Virus record (IMG/VR): IMGVR_UViG_3300037067_013617
Location: 1-64,000 of that record
Strand: one strand, 5' to 3'
DNA length: 64,000 bases
DNA from: a virus
Taxonomy: Duplodnaviria > Caudoviricetes
Shown here in pieces: positions 38,770 through 48,172 of the stretch. Position 1 is the first letter of the stretch; every line of letters begins with the position of its first letter. The position numbers and the translations under genes are program-made. Under the pieces are notes generated by a model that did not search any database, had not been told where the DNA came from, and worked only from the letters and a program-made list of their open reading frames with translations.

Positions 38770-40167
38770 TTATTCTATAGCCTCCTCGAATATTCGACGG
38801 AACGAAGGACTTTCTCTATTTACAGGAATTGGATTAGATGTATTCCGTTTCCATTCGTCTAATTTAAAATTATATTGAGCTGCATCAACTGCTTGATAAA
38901 TATTATTATTAAATTGCACAATGTCATTACCAATTTTTTTTGGATTATTGGAGTCTATTTCTTCTTTTGTTTTTTCGGCATAATCTATTTGTTGTGGAAC
39001 GAATTTATATTTTTTTTGTTTATGCTCTACATCGTCTGTTTTGGAATTATAATATTCTTCATCTAAATTTATAGGTTGCATTGTAGCTTTATTATGGGGA
39101 TGGGCAGGACACACTGCATGAAACCATTCTTGTTTTTTTCTTCCAATATTATTTTTTCCGATCCACAATGCATAATTTGTATTTGGATCTTTAATCCCAA
39201 TATCGGATAATAATTCAGTATTTTCTCCAGCGATAATTGACGATGGAATCAATCGAGCAATAGTTCCTCGAACACTTACACAGAAATCACACGTCCCACC
39301 TATCCTAACGAAATATTGTGCCCTACTTGGATCTTTCAACGATGCCATTGCATCTGCTTCATAAGGTGCGAGTATCCCCATTTCATATATAGATGCCATT
39401 TCAGTCGAGGCAATTCTATTCCAGTTTTTCTTTAATGTTTCAGCACTGTATCTATTCGTTAAATTTTCATCTCTTTCTATATTCCAAAATAATTGACTTC
39501 CCACTTCTACCGGGCTCTTATTTTCTTTTATCCCAGTCTCAATCTGCTGCCGGATAGCTTCCTGTAACTCGTTGTTCGATTGTTTAACGTACATGGCGAT
39601 GGATGAATACGTCTTGTTCAGTGCATTCTTTTCCGATTTATTAAAGTCATATTTTTTATAGGCCTGAGCGAGCGCGGACGGCATTTTTCCGTTGTATTGA
39701 TCTGCAATAACCTGATGCAAGGATTGATTCTGATATGGTTTTTTCTTCTTTCTGAAGGCAGTCGTCTGTTTTCCCAGGATATGTGCCTTGATGGTTACGT
39801 CCTCGGCCACCGTGTCCGCGTATTCACTCCAATAATTATCAATAGCATTATTGAATTTACGCCATTGCCTCGGCGTTAGCGGTTTCCCCGATCCATATAT
39901 CTTTTCTTTATATCTAAATTTCGGAACTTTATAATGAAAAATATTTTTAAATCGGCTGAGAATAGAATCCCATAATTCGGCTTTCTGCATTGTCGCAGGA
40001 TGCTTTGTCGCTAATTTATATGCTTCTGATTCCTTTAATCCTAAATTAACAGCAACGCCGGTATAAATTTCATCGATAAGAGCAGACATATATGCGTTCC
40101 AATATTGCAATAATTCTGCTACATATTTAACGTCGTATTGTTCCTGCTCTTCCTGTTTCTTGTCCAT
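38770..40167 (-). CDS. MuF/SPP1 gp7-like head morphogenesis (minor head) protein
   Basis: WNRIASTEMA; TCDFC; CPAHPHN (variant of PxHPxC). Confidence 0.75.
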   Translation of the reverse strand: MDKKQEEQEQYDVKYVAELLQYWNAYMSALIDEIYTGVAVNLGLKESEAYKLATKHPATMQKAELWDSILSRFKNIFHYKVPKFRYKEKIYGSGKPLTPRQWRKFNNAIDNYWSEYADTVAEDVTIKAHILGKQTTAFRKKKKPYQNQSLHQVIADQYNGKMPSALAQAYKKYDFNKSEKNALNKTYSSIAMYVKQSNNELQEAIRQQIETGIKENKSPVEVGSQLFWNIERDENLTNRYSAETLKKNWNRIASTEMASIYEMGILAPYEADAMASLKDPSRAQYFVRIGGTCDFCVSVRGTIARLIPSSIIAGENTELLSDIGIKDPNTNYALWIGKNNIGRKKQEWFHAVCPAHPHNKATMQPINLDEEYYNSKTDDVEHKQKKYKFVPQQIDYAEKTKEEIDSNNPKKIGNDIVQFNNNIYQAVDAAQYNFKLDEWKRNTSNPIPVNRESPSFRRIFEEAIE

Positions 40168-40212
40168 GCTTCAGATTAAAAACAGATAATAAAAAAAGTC
40201 AATTATAAAATA

Positions 40213-40247
40213 GGAAACCCCTTATCGGGAGTGAATAAGGGGTTTCC
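40213..40247 (-). terminator. Rho-independent terminator-like hairpin
   Basis: 13-bp perfect stem GGAAACCCCTTAT/ATAAGGGGTTTCC followed by TATTTT on the minus strand. Confidence 0.55.
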
Positions 40248-40394
40248 GTGGAACATTAAAGCAAGCTGTAAAGATCGTATAACTTTACGCATCTCATATA
40301 AGCAGGAGTCTTATATGAGGGTAAATTAATATATATCAAAACACAGCAATTCTTTTTGTCAATTATTTTTTTTAAATATTTTTAAATAAAATGC

Positions 40395-40423
40395 TTGACA
40401 AATTGAGAGCAATAAAATAATAT
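40395..40423 (+). promoter_or_regulatory. Sigma70-like promoter for the plus-strand island
   Basis: TTGACA-N17-TAATAT with AT-rich upstream region. Confidence 0.65.
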
Positions 40424-40458
40424 CTTTATATTAAGAAATTAAAAAATGAGAAAAGACG

Positions 40459-40728
40459 ATGACAACTTACAAAACAATCAATGAAGCAATCGAAGCCGCA
40501 AAAAACCCGACGGAAGCAAACAATGGACAAAAAAATGCTTATGAAATATCGATTGAATTAGCCGAAACAGCTAAAAATTTAGTTGGAAAAACATTGAGCA
40601 AAGATGGAAAATCTATGAAAATTGAAAAATGGGTAAATCAGAATTATGTTGTATCCGCTAATGGCATATACATGATAAGCCCAGTAATGTACACAATCCA
40701 GATGTCAAAAAATTTTGAAATTAATTAA
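40459..40728 (+). CDS. Hypothetical protein (early-type)
   Basis: First ORF after the promoter. Confidence 0.6.
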   Translation: MTTYKTINEAIEAAKNPTEANNGQKNAYEISIELAETAKNLVGKTLSKDGKSMKIEKWVNQNYVVSANGIYMISPVMYTIQMSKNFEIN

Positions 40729-40781
40729 CAAATTCCGTCCGAGTCCGGCGGGCGTAAAATATCGGACAAAAAAGAGGGGAT

Positions 40782-41009
40782 ATGACACAAGTGCAATTAA
40801 ACGAATGGAAAAAACAAGCCGAAAAAGATAATTTACTTGATGATTATGAATATCATATCGGTATGGTAAGCAATCCATTGCCTTATCAACAATGGAAATT
40901 AAAATTTAACACTCTCAATGCAATACAGGCACGAGCCGATTATTATGATAATATGTCTCAATCATTAATAGATAAAGAAACAAAACTTTGCAATGAATTG
41001 GGTTATTAG
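40782..41009 (+). CDS. Hypothetical protein
   Basis: AAGAGGGG RBS. Confidence 0.6.
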   Translation: MTQVQLNEWKKQAEKDNLLDDYEYHIGMVSNPLPYQQWKLKFNTLNAIQARADYYDNMSQSLIDKETKLCNELGY

Positions 41010-41309
41010 CAGAGTCAAGCGGGCATTAGTCCCGCTGTAATGCGCAAGATCAGTGACAAGCCCTTGCAATCTTAATACCGGAATAAATACCGGACAAAAA
41101 AGAGGATGTATGGAAAGACAAAAAAATATTGAAAAGCTTATAGCATGGGCAAAAAATCAAGGGTATGTTTTTTGTGAAGAAGCTCTTGATGAATATGCAA
41201 AATTGATTGATAGAAATTTAACTCTTTTAACCGATTGGCATAATTCATTTGGTCAATATATAATAAGAGAAGAATAGCAGAGTCAAGCGGGCAATAAGTC
41301 CGCTGTAAT
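41007..41309 (+). repeat. Two copies of a 35-nt hairpin-containing repeat at gene ends (41007-41041, 41275-41309)
   Basis: TAGCAGAGTCAAGCGGGCATTAGTCCCGCTGTAAT and TAGCAGAGTCAAGCGGGCAATAAGTCCGCTGTAAT, both starting with the stop codon. Confidence 0.85.
41110..41277 (+). CDS. Hypothetical protein (start MERQK)
   Basis: ATG at 41110 after AAGAGG. Confidence 0.55.
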   Translation: MERQKNIEKLIAWAKNQGYVFCEEALDEYAKLIDRNLTLLTDWHNSFGQYIIREE

Positions 41310-41356
41310 ATATTAACTTGTCTGCAAATCAAAATTTTTGATAAAGGCTGGTAATT

Positions 41357-41788
41357 ATGAAAATAATAATTATTGTACTTATCCTTTTGCTTCCGTCAAT
41401 GTCATTTGAATCCATTAGCATTAAAGAATTTGTCCGGCAAGAATGCCGCCGAAATAAAATATCTCCTGCATTATTTATGAATCTTATTCATGCGGAATCA
41501 AGCTGGCGACCACACGCTATGGGAAAACTTATTAAAATCAAATACAAAGGAAAATATATTCACACGCGGGCTATTGGATTATGTCAAATTATTCCTGAAC
41601 TACATTATCAAGGAAATAAATATGATTTATTTAATCCAAAACTTAATATCAAAATAGGTATCAGAATATATAAAAATTGTCTGAGAAAAGCAAAAGGAAA
41701 TCGCGTTCAGGCATTAAGATATTATAACGGTCAGGTCAAAAATAAAAATAATAAATATATCGAAAAAATTTTAAAAAGGAGAATTTAA
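41357..41788 (+). CDS. Secreted SLT-family lytic transglycosylase
   Basis: Signal peptide; LIHAESS (catalytic Glu), AIGLCQI, NIKIG..Y, ALRYYNG. Confidence 0.88.
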   Translation: MKIIIIVLILLLPSMSFESISIKEFVRQECRRNKISPALFMNLIHAESSWRPHAMGKLIKIKYKGKYIHTRAIGLCQIIPELHYQGNKYDLFNPKLNIKIGIRIYKNCLRKAKGNRVQALRYYNGQVKNKNNKYIEKILKRRI

Positions 41789-41792
41789 TATT

Positions 41793-41954
41793 ATGCCGAT
41801 TATTATATTTGGAATTCTTTTTACTTGTTTTATCGTATTATTGCTGGCTGGAATATACGGATTTATAATGTTAATTCATGGTCCACTTCACCGCTCAGAT
41901 AAAGCAGACCATGAAATAAAATTATTATATGGAATTGATTTTACTAAGCTTTAA
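41793..41954 (+). CDS. Small membrane protein (53 aa)
   Basis: AAGGAG RBS; MPIIIFGILFTCFIVLLLAGIYGFIMLIH...; not in the ORF track. Confidence 0.55.
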   Translation: MPIIIFGILFTCFIVLLLAGIYGFIMLIHGPLHRSDKADHEIKLLYGIDFTKL

Positions 41955-43704
41955 CGTAAACCGAACCATCAATATTTTTAGTCGTCAGAACTTCTCTTAT
42001 ATCTTCATTCTGAATCAATGCCGCAGGCAGATCCAGTGCAACACCAATATCCTCATTCGCGAGCGCCCATTCCTGCAATACATCATTAACCTGATCCAGT
42101 GTATCAACGGCTATAATTACATCATAGTATTCTGTGCCATGTAATACCTGGCAATATCTAAGATTCTTGACGTTAGCCGTAGACGCTGCCGTTCCAGTAT
42201 AAGTCTCGGCTTCCGCACCATCGACAACTAATGTTTCATCGTCGAAACTATATCCGGCCTTATGAATTTTAACGATATATGTACCATCGTCCAGATTAAA
42301 GGTTACTTGTCCTGAACTATCGCTTAATTCCCTCGCGTATAATACTGTACCACCTGCATCAAATAATTCAACACTGGCTTCTACGATATTAGCGCCTATT
42401 GCATCATGGAGTGTTAAAACAACTACATTGCTGCCGGTTGGACCGCTTCCACCGCCGCCAACCCAAGTCGTATCGCCATGGTCACGAATAGCTTCATTAG
42501 AGTCATCCGCCGGATCAAAATTCCCAACAGGAGTAATCAATGTATGATTCTTGCTCATTAAACCTTTGAGTTTATCAACTATGTCATTATATTTTGTTAA
42601 AGCATCTGTAAGTGTTGCGAGGGTCGTAATATTAGCCTTAAAATCATCAGGAGTTGTAACGGCGTTACTGCCGACGTAATCAACTCTGGCATCAACTTTA
42701 CCCGTTGTTGTAAATATCAATTGATCCGTTTTAGTTTTAATGGCTCCCACTTCAGAATCAATATATCCGGCTATTGCGCCTAATGCCGATATAATACTGT
42801 CAATATCCGTATTTGCGGATATTGCAGCATCGGCAGCAGCTTGTGCCTGAGCGCTTGAAAGATTATTCAATGCCGCAATTAATGTTTGTAAAGCGGCATT
42901 GCCATAAGTGACTGAACTAACAATGGCTCCGGCATCAGCTGTTTGCTTAGTATTACCAGTATATGTATCAATAGTACCAACGACCCAATCCGCTAATTTC
43001 TTACCAATTGAACCAACGGCTGTTAAACCGGAAAGTAGCTGATTCCATATCGCAAGAATACCGGCAGAGGATAAGCTGAATCCGGTCTTATCAGATACGG
43101 CGATACTCTGTCCCGCCGTCAAATCAACAGTCTGATTAACTTTCGTCCCATTCGTTGTGGGAATGCCTCCGTTCGCTCCGGCTACGGCATCGGGTAAACT
43201 ATTGATGGTTCCCGTTGGCGTTGCCTTATTAAAAAATTTGGTAAAAGCTGCTGCAATTTGTCCTGCTGTTTCCGTTATCGCAGTACCAAGAATTTGGATT
43301 AAGTTTGCCTTAACAACGGTATCGGGGTCCCATCCGATTGTAGGCGGATCGGCTTTGACAGCGGCAGCAATATCTAAATCTGTCGCTATTGCAGTAGTTG
43401 TGAATTCTCCTATAAACCCTGTCGGATTAACCGAACTAACAGCCAATGTACAAAATACCGCATATTCAGAATTAGCAAGAAACCCATTAGCAGTTGTACC
43501 TGGAACCGCTACCTCAGCGCATCCATTGGGATAGCTTACATGAGTTAATATATACGGAGTTGCGGTATAGACAGGAGCTGCCGAAGCGGCCGCGCCTTTC
43601 AGCCTTACATACGCGGCATGGTCTGTGCCATCGGCGCCTGTACCTGTGATATCATTGATACCAAAATTAAAAATAAATGTACTTTCAAGAGCTTTATATT
43701 GCAT
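41944..43704 (-). CDS. Virion fibre/appendage-like protein with Ig/transthyretin-like domain and shared C-terminal module
   Basis: Ala/Thr/Gly-rich; SDSSGQVTFNLDDGTYIVKIHKAGY; C-terminal ~75 aa homologous to N-terminus of 48758..49867. Confidence 0.6.
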   Translation of the reverse strand: MQYKALESTFIFNFGINDITGTGADGTDHAAYVRLKGAAASAAPVYTATPYILTHVSYPNGCAEVAVPGTTANGFLANSEYAVFCTLAVSSVNPTGFIGEFTTTAIATDLDIAAAVKADPPTIGWDPDTVVKANLIQILGTAITETAGQIAAAFTKFFNKATPTGTINSLPDAVAGANGGIPTTNGTKVNQTVDLTAGQSIAVSDKTGFSLSSAGILAIWNQLLSGLTAVGSIGKKLADWVVGTIDTYTGNTKQTADAGAIVSSVTYGNAALQTLIAALNNLSSAQAQAAADAAISANTDIDSIISALGAIAGYIDSEVGAIKTKTDQLIFTTTGKVDARVDYVGSNAVTTPDDFKANITTLATLTDALTKYNDIVDKLKGLMSKNHTLITPVGNFDPADDSNEAIRDHGDTTWVGGGGSGPTGSNVVVLTLHDAIGANIVEASVELFDAGGTVLYARELSDSSGQVTFNLDDGTYIVKIHKAGYSFDDETLVVDGAEAETYTGTAASTANVKNLRYCQVLHGTEYYDVIIAVDTLDQVNDVLQEWALANEDIGVALDLPAALIQNEDIREVLTTKNIDGSVYVKA

Positions 43705-45211
43705 TGATCAGTCCTCCGTTTATTCCTACCATTGCTCCCCCGCCTGTTCCGCTTATTGTAATTGGATTTTCCAAAACTACGGTTACGCCGTAAGCTGTTA
43801 CATAATTTCCATTTGGAATTTTATTAACGATAGAATCTCCACCCGAAGCAGATGCAATTTCGGCCTCGGTATAAGTCGCAAGAGCCCCGCCGACAGCAAC
43901 ATCAAGATCAGCATTACTTCCAAGTCCTATTCCAATAAGAATGCCATCGTCATCTGCATCTTGTACGTAATATCTTGATCGGATCCATTCTCCTGCGCCG
44001 CCTTCCGTAATTAAAGCCCATGCTTCTTTTGCACCTATACCGAATAATCCTGTTTTTCGTACCCAACCTGTTGCCGTATCATAAGCACATCCAGTCACAG
44101 AATATAATGGTTCGCCATTTGCACCTTGAAAACTGCTATATGCACCTCCGGAACTATAGGCACCGCCATTGTTATCTGACATTCCAGAGCGATCACCTTG
44201 TCCGCCGACTACGATTGTTTTTGCAGGGTAAGAAGGAGATGGGGCGGTAGGAGCAAGCTCATAAACCCCCACATCCCAACTTCCAGTTCTAGTTGTATTT
44301 AAAAAATCGTAATTAAATGGATAAGTTACGTCACCTGATAAGTCAACACCTATATCTTTTAATCCAGAACTTGATCCTATTGTAGCGTTACAAGCTCCCG
44401 CAGTTACATTGGTAAAATAAGCCCCAGAGCCAATAGCACATGCAACTACTGTTGAACTAAAAGAACCGTCTGAAGAAGCATTATTGGAATGGTTTTGAGT
44501 GCCATTATAATATCCGGCAGTAAATGATCCAGAAGTACCCGCGTAGCAATTTTTTAACGTATTCGTTCCATTTGTAGAACCATAAAATCCATACACTGAA
44601 GCATTTATTGATACACAATTATATATCGTTATTGCAGAGGAACTTGCACACGTAAAACCTCTTTTTCCGCCATATGCTACGCAGTTTATAAATATATTTC
44701 CAGTACCGTAGTTATAAAAACAATATCCATTGCTTCCTACTCCTATATCATATCCAACACAATTTATTATTTTGCAATATGATGAGTTATTTATACTTAA
44801 GCAATTATCTCCGTTAGCGGAAGAATTTTTAATTCCTATACCTTTAATTACAGTATAAGATACTGCCGATATATCTAGAACACTAGTATAAGCTCTACTA
44901 ACTATCAGTCTATATCCAGCCGTTCTATTAATATTGCATTTTGCATCGCCAAGCGTTTGTATTGTAATGAATCTAGTTGCATCTGTAGTAAAACCTGTTA
45001 TATTACAATAAGCTGTATCGTTTAGGGCATCCCATCCGGTACCGCCTATAATTTCGCATACTTCTAATTCATCAGCAGTTACTAAGTTTCTAGCCCTAGC
45101 TGCAACCCATGCAGCCATTGATGTATATGCATAAGCTCCGTATTTAGTAGTCTCAGCTCCACTTAAAGAATATCCGGTTGGATAAATACAACTATATACT
45201 GTAGTAGCCAT
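43694..45211 (-). CDS. Right-handed beta-helix (pectin-lyase-like) protein, putative receptor-binding/depolymerase
   Basis: Repeating NC-x-x-Y/G ladders; YDFLNTTRTGSWDVGVYE terminal motif. Confidence 0.7.
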   Translation of the reverse strand: MATTVYSCIYPTGYSLSGAETTKYGAYAYTSMAAWVAARARNLVTADELEVCEIIGGTGWDALNDTAYCNITGFTTDATRFITIQTLGDAKCNINRTAGYRLIVSRAYTSVLDISAVSYTVIKGIGIKNSSANGDNCLSINNSSYCKIINCVGYDIGVGSNGYCFYNYGTGNIFINCVAYGGKRGFTCASSSAITIYNCVSINASVYGFYGSTNGTNTLKNCYAGTSGSFTAGYYNGTQNHSNNASSDGSFSSTVVACAIGSGAYFTNVTAGACNATIGSSSGLKDIGVDLSGDVTYPFNYDFLNTTRTGSWDVGVYELAPTAPSPSYPAKTIVVGGQGDRSGMSDNNGGAYSSGGAYSSFQGANGEPLYSVTGCAYDTATGWVRKTGLFGIGAKEAWALITEGGAGEWIRSRYYVQDADDDGILIGIGLGSNADLDVAVGGALATYTEAEIASASGGDSIVNKIPNGNYVTAYGVTVVLENPITISGTGGGAMVGINGGLINAI

Positions 45212-45589
45212 TTATTCCTCGGAAAATAAAACTTTATTATTCTTTATAGATAAGTTTTCTTTGAATTTCTCATCTTCATATCTTGCTAAATGATTTGGCA
45301 TGTCTGTTATTTCAATCCAGTCTTTTCCTGATTTATATACATGTTTTATCTCTGGTTCGTCAAAAGTCCATTCTATAGTTCTTGATTTTCGTACAACTCT
45401 TATTTCTGGTATAGACGTATCATGGTTCGATTTAGTTAATAAAAAAGAATCTGATATCTTTACAATATTAAATTGTATTTTTTCAGAAGAGCTAAATTGA
45501 TGATTATCGGGAAAAATTCCTATAACATCATTCACTTCAGCCTTTCCTTCTTTTTTTGTAATATTATTTATAAGTAATATCTGAGACAT
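45212..45589 (-). CDS. Hypothetical protein (possible fibre chaperone)
   Basis: 125 aa ORF between two beta-helix genes. Confidence 0.5.
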   Translation of the reverse strand: MSQILLINNITKKEGKAEVNDVIGIFPDNHQFSSSEKIQFNIVKISDSFLLTKSNHDTSIPEIRVVRKSRTIEWTFDEPEIKHVYKSGKDWIEITDMPNHLARYEDEKFKENLSIKNNKVLFSEE

Positions 45590-45609
45590 ATTTTTTAAAC
45601 CCCCCCTTT

Positions 45610-46602
45610 TTATATTGTTATTAAAGTTCCCTTACCATCGGGATCGTTTTCATCATAAACATAATTCTCCGACCATTCCGGTGTTATCGTATTTGTCGCA
45701 AAGTATCCCCATGCACTATCACTCGGTAACAAAGTAAGTCTATTATTTGTTATAGAATAAGGCAATGTAGTGCCAGTTGTACCAGTCAAATGTATAACAT
45801 ATGAAGATGATTCAAATAAATTCCCTGTTACTGAAACCCCATTTGTTATAACATACCCACTAGCAGGTTGATTAAAAAATGCTCCAGTACAGTGCACACG
45901 AACAAGTTCATCATCCATTAAAATTCTATTATTTGATACTATTACTCCATCACCTTCACTTGACCAAATACTCATTCCCACGCAATGATCGTTTGAATCT
46001 ACTTTATATAAAACATCATGTATGTAGTTTTGAGATATAATCGTTTGCCCATTTGTATTATATGCCATTACTCCGGCATCACAATGATGTAAATTATTTC
46101 GTCTTAAAATACTATTTGTAAGAGATAGACAATTATGCGCCCAATCTTCATTTAATAATTCTCCCGAAACTTCACAATCCTCCATAGTCCCACCAACTAA
46201 TTCAACAAAATACATTCCTGATTGTAAAGCTGTTGGACGAAATAAACAATTTTTAAAAACCGTCCCGCCTTCAGGCGCACGTAAATATTTTGTATAAGTA
46301 AAAATTTTATTCTCAATAGTCTGATTCCCATAAACATATAAATAACCACCAGTGCCCCCGATCCATTGTGCCTTGCCGGCATCAGCACCATTTAAATCAA
46401 AATCCGTTAAAGCCGAATAATCTCCCTTTAATCCTATATTTAAAGTAGTTAAATTCCATCCATAAAGAGTACCTGGGGGTGGAGTACTACCACTCTTCAA
46501 AAACATTCCATATTTAGAATATATCCCCTTCTTAAATTTCCATAATGGACTCGGAGGAAATACTGACTTATCTATTTGGTATAATTTATCTAACATTTTC
46601 AT
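45610..46602 (-). CDS. Beta-helix protein
   Basis: ILRRNNLHHC, IISQNYIHD, VIVSNNRI, VSVTGNLF parallel beta-helix repeats. Confidence 0.7.
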   Translation of the reverse strand: MKMLDKLYQIDKSVFPPSPLWKFKKGIYSKYGMFLKSGSTPPPGTLYGWNLTTLNIGLKGDYSALTDFDLNGADAGKAQWIGGTGGYLYVYGNQTIENKIFTYTKYLRAPEGGTVFKNCLFRPTALQSGMYFVELVGGTMEDCEVSGELLNEDWAHNCLSLTNSILRRNNLHHCDAGVMAYNTNGQTIISQNYIHDVLYKVDSNDHCVGMSIWSSEGDGVIVSNNRILMDDELVRVHCTGAFFNQPASGYVITNGVSVTGNLFESSSYVIHLTGTTGTTLPYSITNNRLTLLPSDSAWGYFATNTITPEWSENYVYDENDPDGKGTLITI

Positions 46603-46654
46603 AAGAAATCTTCTTTATCTGATTTTCCGGTGTTCTGAAAGAATATTTATTCAT

Positions 46655-47143
46655 TTACTTAAAAGCCTTCTGAGCCACAATTTCTACACCAAAACTTCCT
46701 TTATCTTTAGGAATAATAAAACTGCATCCAATTGCTGCAAAATCCAATTGATATAAATACCCAGGATGAGCGAAATATCCTATTTTATTATTCCATCCCA
46801 TTCCTAATTGAATAATATGCCGTGTCGTATTTTGTGCCTCAAATTCAAACATAAAATCTGCTGATTTACAATCGTCATAAGCTCTGCCATATAATTTATT
46901 CCCTTTTGTGTCTGCGACTACTTTAATATCCGAATTTGCACAATCCTTAGCTATTTGACAATCGGCGGGATTATTAATATCGGTATTTGCAGTATTTGTT
47001 TGATGTTGTGTCGGTCCAATTTCCGAATTCACAATTTTTAATTTTATATTCGGAAAATATATTTTAGTTGTTAAAACAGCAATAATTATTGAACAAATCC
47101 AACATCCGGCTATAATTTTATTTTTCATTTTCTTCTTCTTCAT
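46655..47143 (-). CDS. N-terminally anchored membrane protein (possible spanin-like)
   Basis: N-terminal TM helix and C-terminal amphipathic beta-strands; in the lysis cluster. Confidence 0.45.
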   Translation of the reverse strand: MKKKKMKNKIIAGCWICSIIIAVLTTKIYFPNIKLKIVNSEIGPTQHQTNTANTDINNPADCQIAKDCANSDIKVVADTKGNKLYGRAYDDCKSADFMFEFEAQNTTRHIIQLGMGWNNKIGYFAHPGYLYQLDFAAIGCSFIIPKDKGSFGVEIVAQKAFK

Positions 47144-47390
47144 TGTTTAATGTTTTTAATTTATCTAAAAATTCCTTTTTATCGCTTTCCCGTCTATCAT
47201 TTTTTTTTCTAAAAGGCCTGTTTGCAAAATGTTCTCCTACGTTCCCGCCAATCATTATCCCTGCCAAAAAAATCATAAATTGGATCATTAAATCCAATTT
47301 ATTAATAGCGGCACTGGTAATATATAAAATATTAGCATTTAATAAAAAAATAAGACCAATTATAATTTTTCTTAGTCCGGTTAATTTCAT
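47118..47390 (-). CDS. Putative holin (2 TM)
   Basis: Two hydrophobic helices, GGNVGEHF motif and charged C-terminus; near endolysin. Confidence 0.55.
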   Translation of the reverse strand: MKLTGLRKIIIGLIFLLNANILYITSAAINKLDLMIQFMIFLAGIMIGGNVGEHFANRPFRKKNDRRESDKKEFLDKLKTLNNEEEENEK

Positions 47391-47605
47391 CTGACTATAT
47401 CCTTGACATCAGAAATACGAACAGGAGAACAGCCAAAATTATATTCAATATGTCCGTTGCTATTTGTGCATTCCCATTTTACAGTAAGTAATAAAATAAT
47501 AAATGCCCAAACGATAATTTTATTCTCACGAATAAAATTCCAGTATTTTGAAATAGAAACCGATGCATTATAATTTTTTTTCATATTCTTGTTATTCCGT
47601 AACAT
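47387..47605 (-). CDS. Small membrane protein (lysis cassette)
   Basis: One TM segment followed by a Cys-containing tail. Confidence 0.45.
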   Translation of the reverse strand: MLRNNKNMKKNYNASVSISKYWNFIRENKIIVWAFIILLLTVKWECTNSNGHIEYNFGCSPVRISDVKDIVR

Positions 47606-48168
47606 TCTTTATCAATTTTTATAATATTAAATTCCTTACTAAAATATTCCTGCAATTTATCCCAATTAAAATTTCCAGGGCAATTTTTATATTTCCCGCT
47701 GTATTTCTGCCCGTTATAACCATGTCCACAAATGGTTCCGACCGGAAACAACCCTGAATAAGCATCAATCATATTAAATAGAGATTGATACTGCTCATTA
47801 GTATATTCAAATTTATTATCTACTTCGCCATTGATAAGTTCAATACCCAATGTAAATCGATCATGATGTCCGGAACTCGAATGATAACAAAAGAAAAGAG
47901 GAGATAAAATATTATAGACATTCCCATTCCTGTCTATTTCGGAATGGAATAATGATATTCCCTTTTTATACTGTTCTTCACGAGTGGTACCATCCGGCAT
48001 AATACCACCTCTAGCCATCCAATTTAATACTCCTGTTGCTGACGATGCTATACCGGCTCCATGTATAACAATTTCTTTAATATCTTCGACGGAACGAGTA
48101 AGTACGTTTTCAATCTCTTGATCTTTTATATATTTTTTATAAATTCTGTTATCGTTTATTATATTCAT
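47581..48168 (-). CDS. Endolysin, N-acetylmuramoyl-L-alanine amidase (Amidase_2)
   Basis: IVIHG; H..IDRNG; YHS; LGIEL; CGHG; KNCPG zinc ligands. Confidence 0.88.
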   Translation of the reverse strand: MNIINDNRIYKKYIKDQEIENVLTRSVEDIKEIVIHGAGIASSATGVLNWMARGGIMPDGTTREEQYKKGISLFHSEIDRNGNVYNILSPLFFCYHSSSGHHDRFTLGIELINGEVDNKFEYTNEQYQSLFNMIDAYSGLFPVGTICGHGYNGQKYSGKYKNCPGNFNWDKLQEYFSKEFNIIKIDKECYGITRI

Positions 48169-48172
48169 GTTA

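Noticed and set aside
41007-41309. 35-nt repeats as a possible mini-CRISPR array
   Set aside because: Only two copies, separated by ~230 nt containing an ORF; no cas genes
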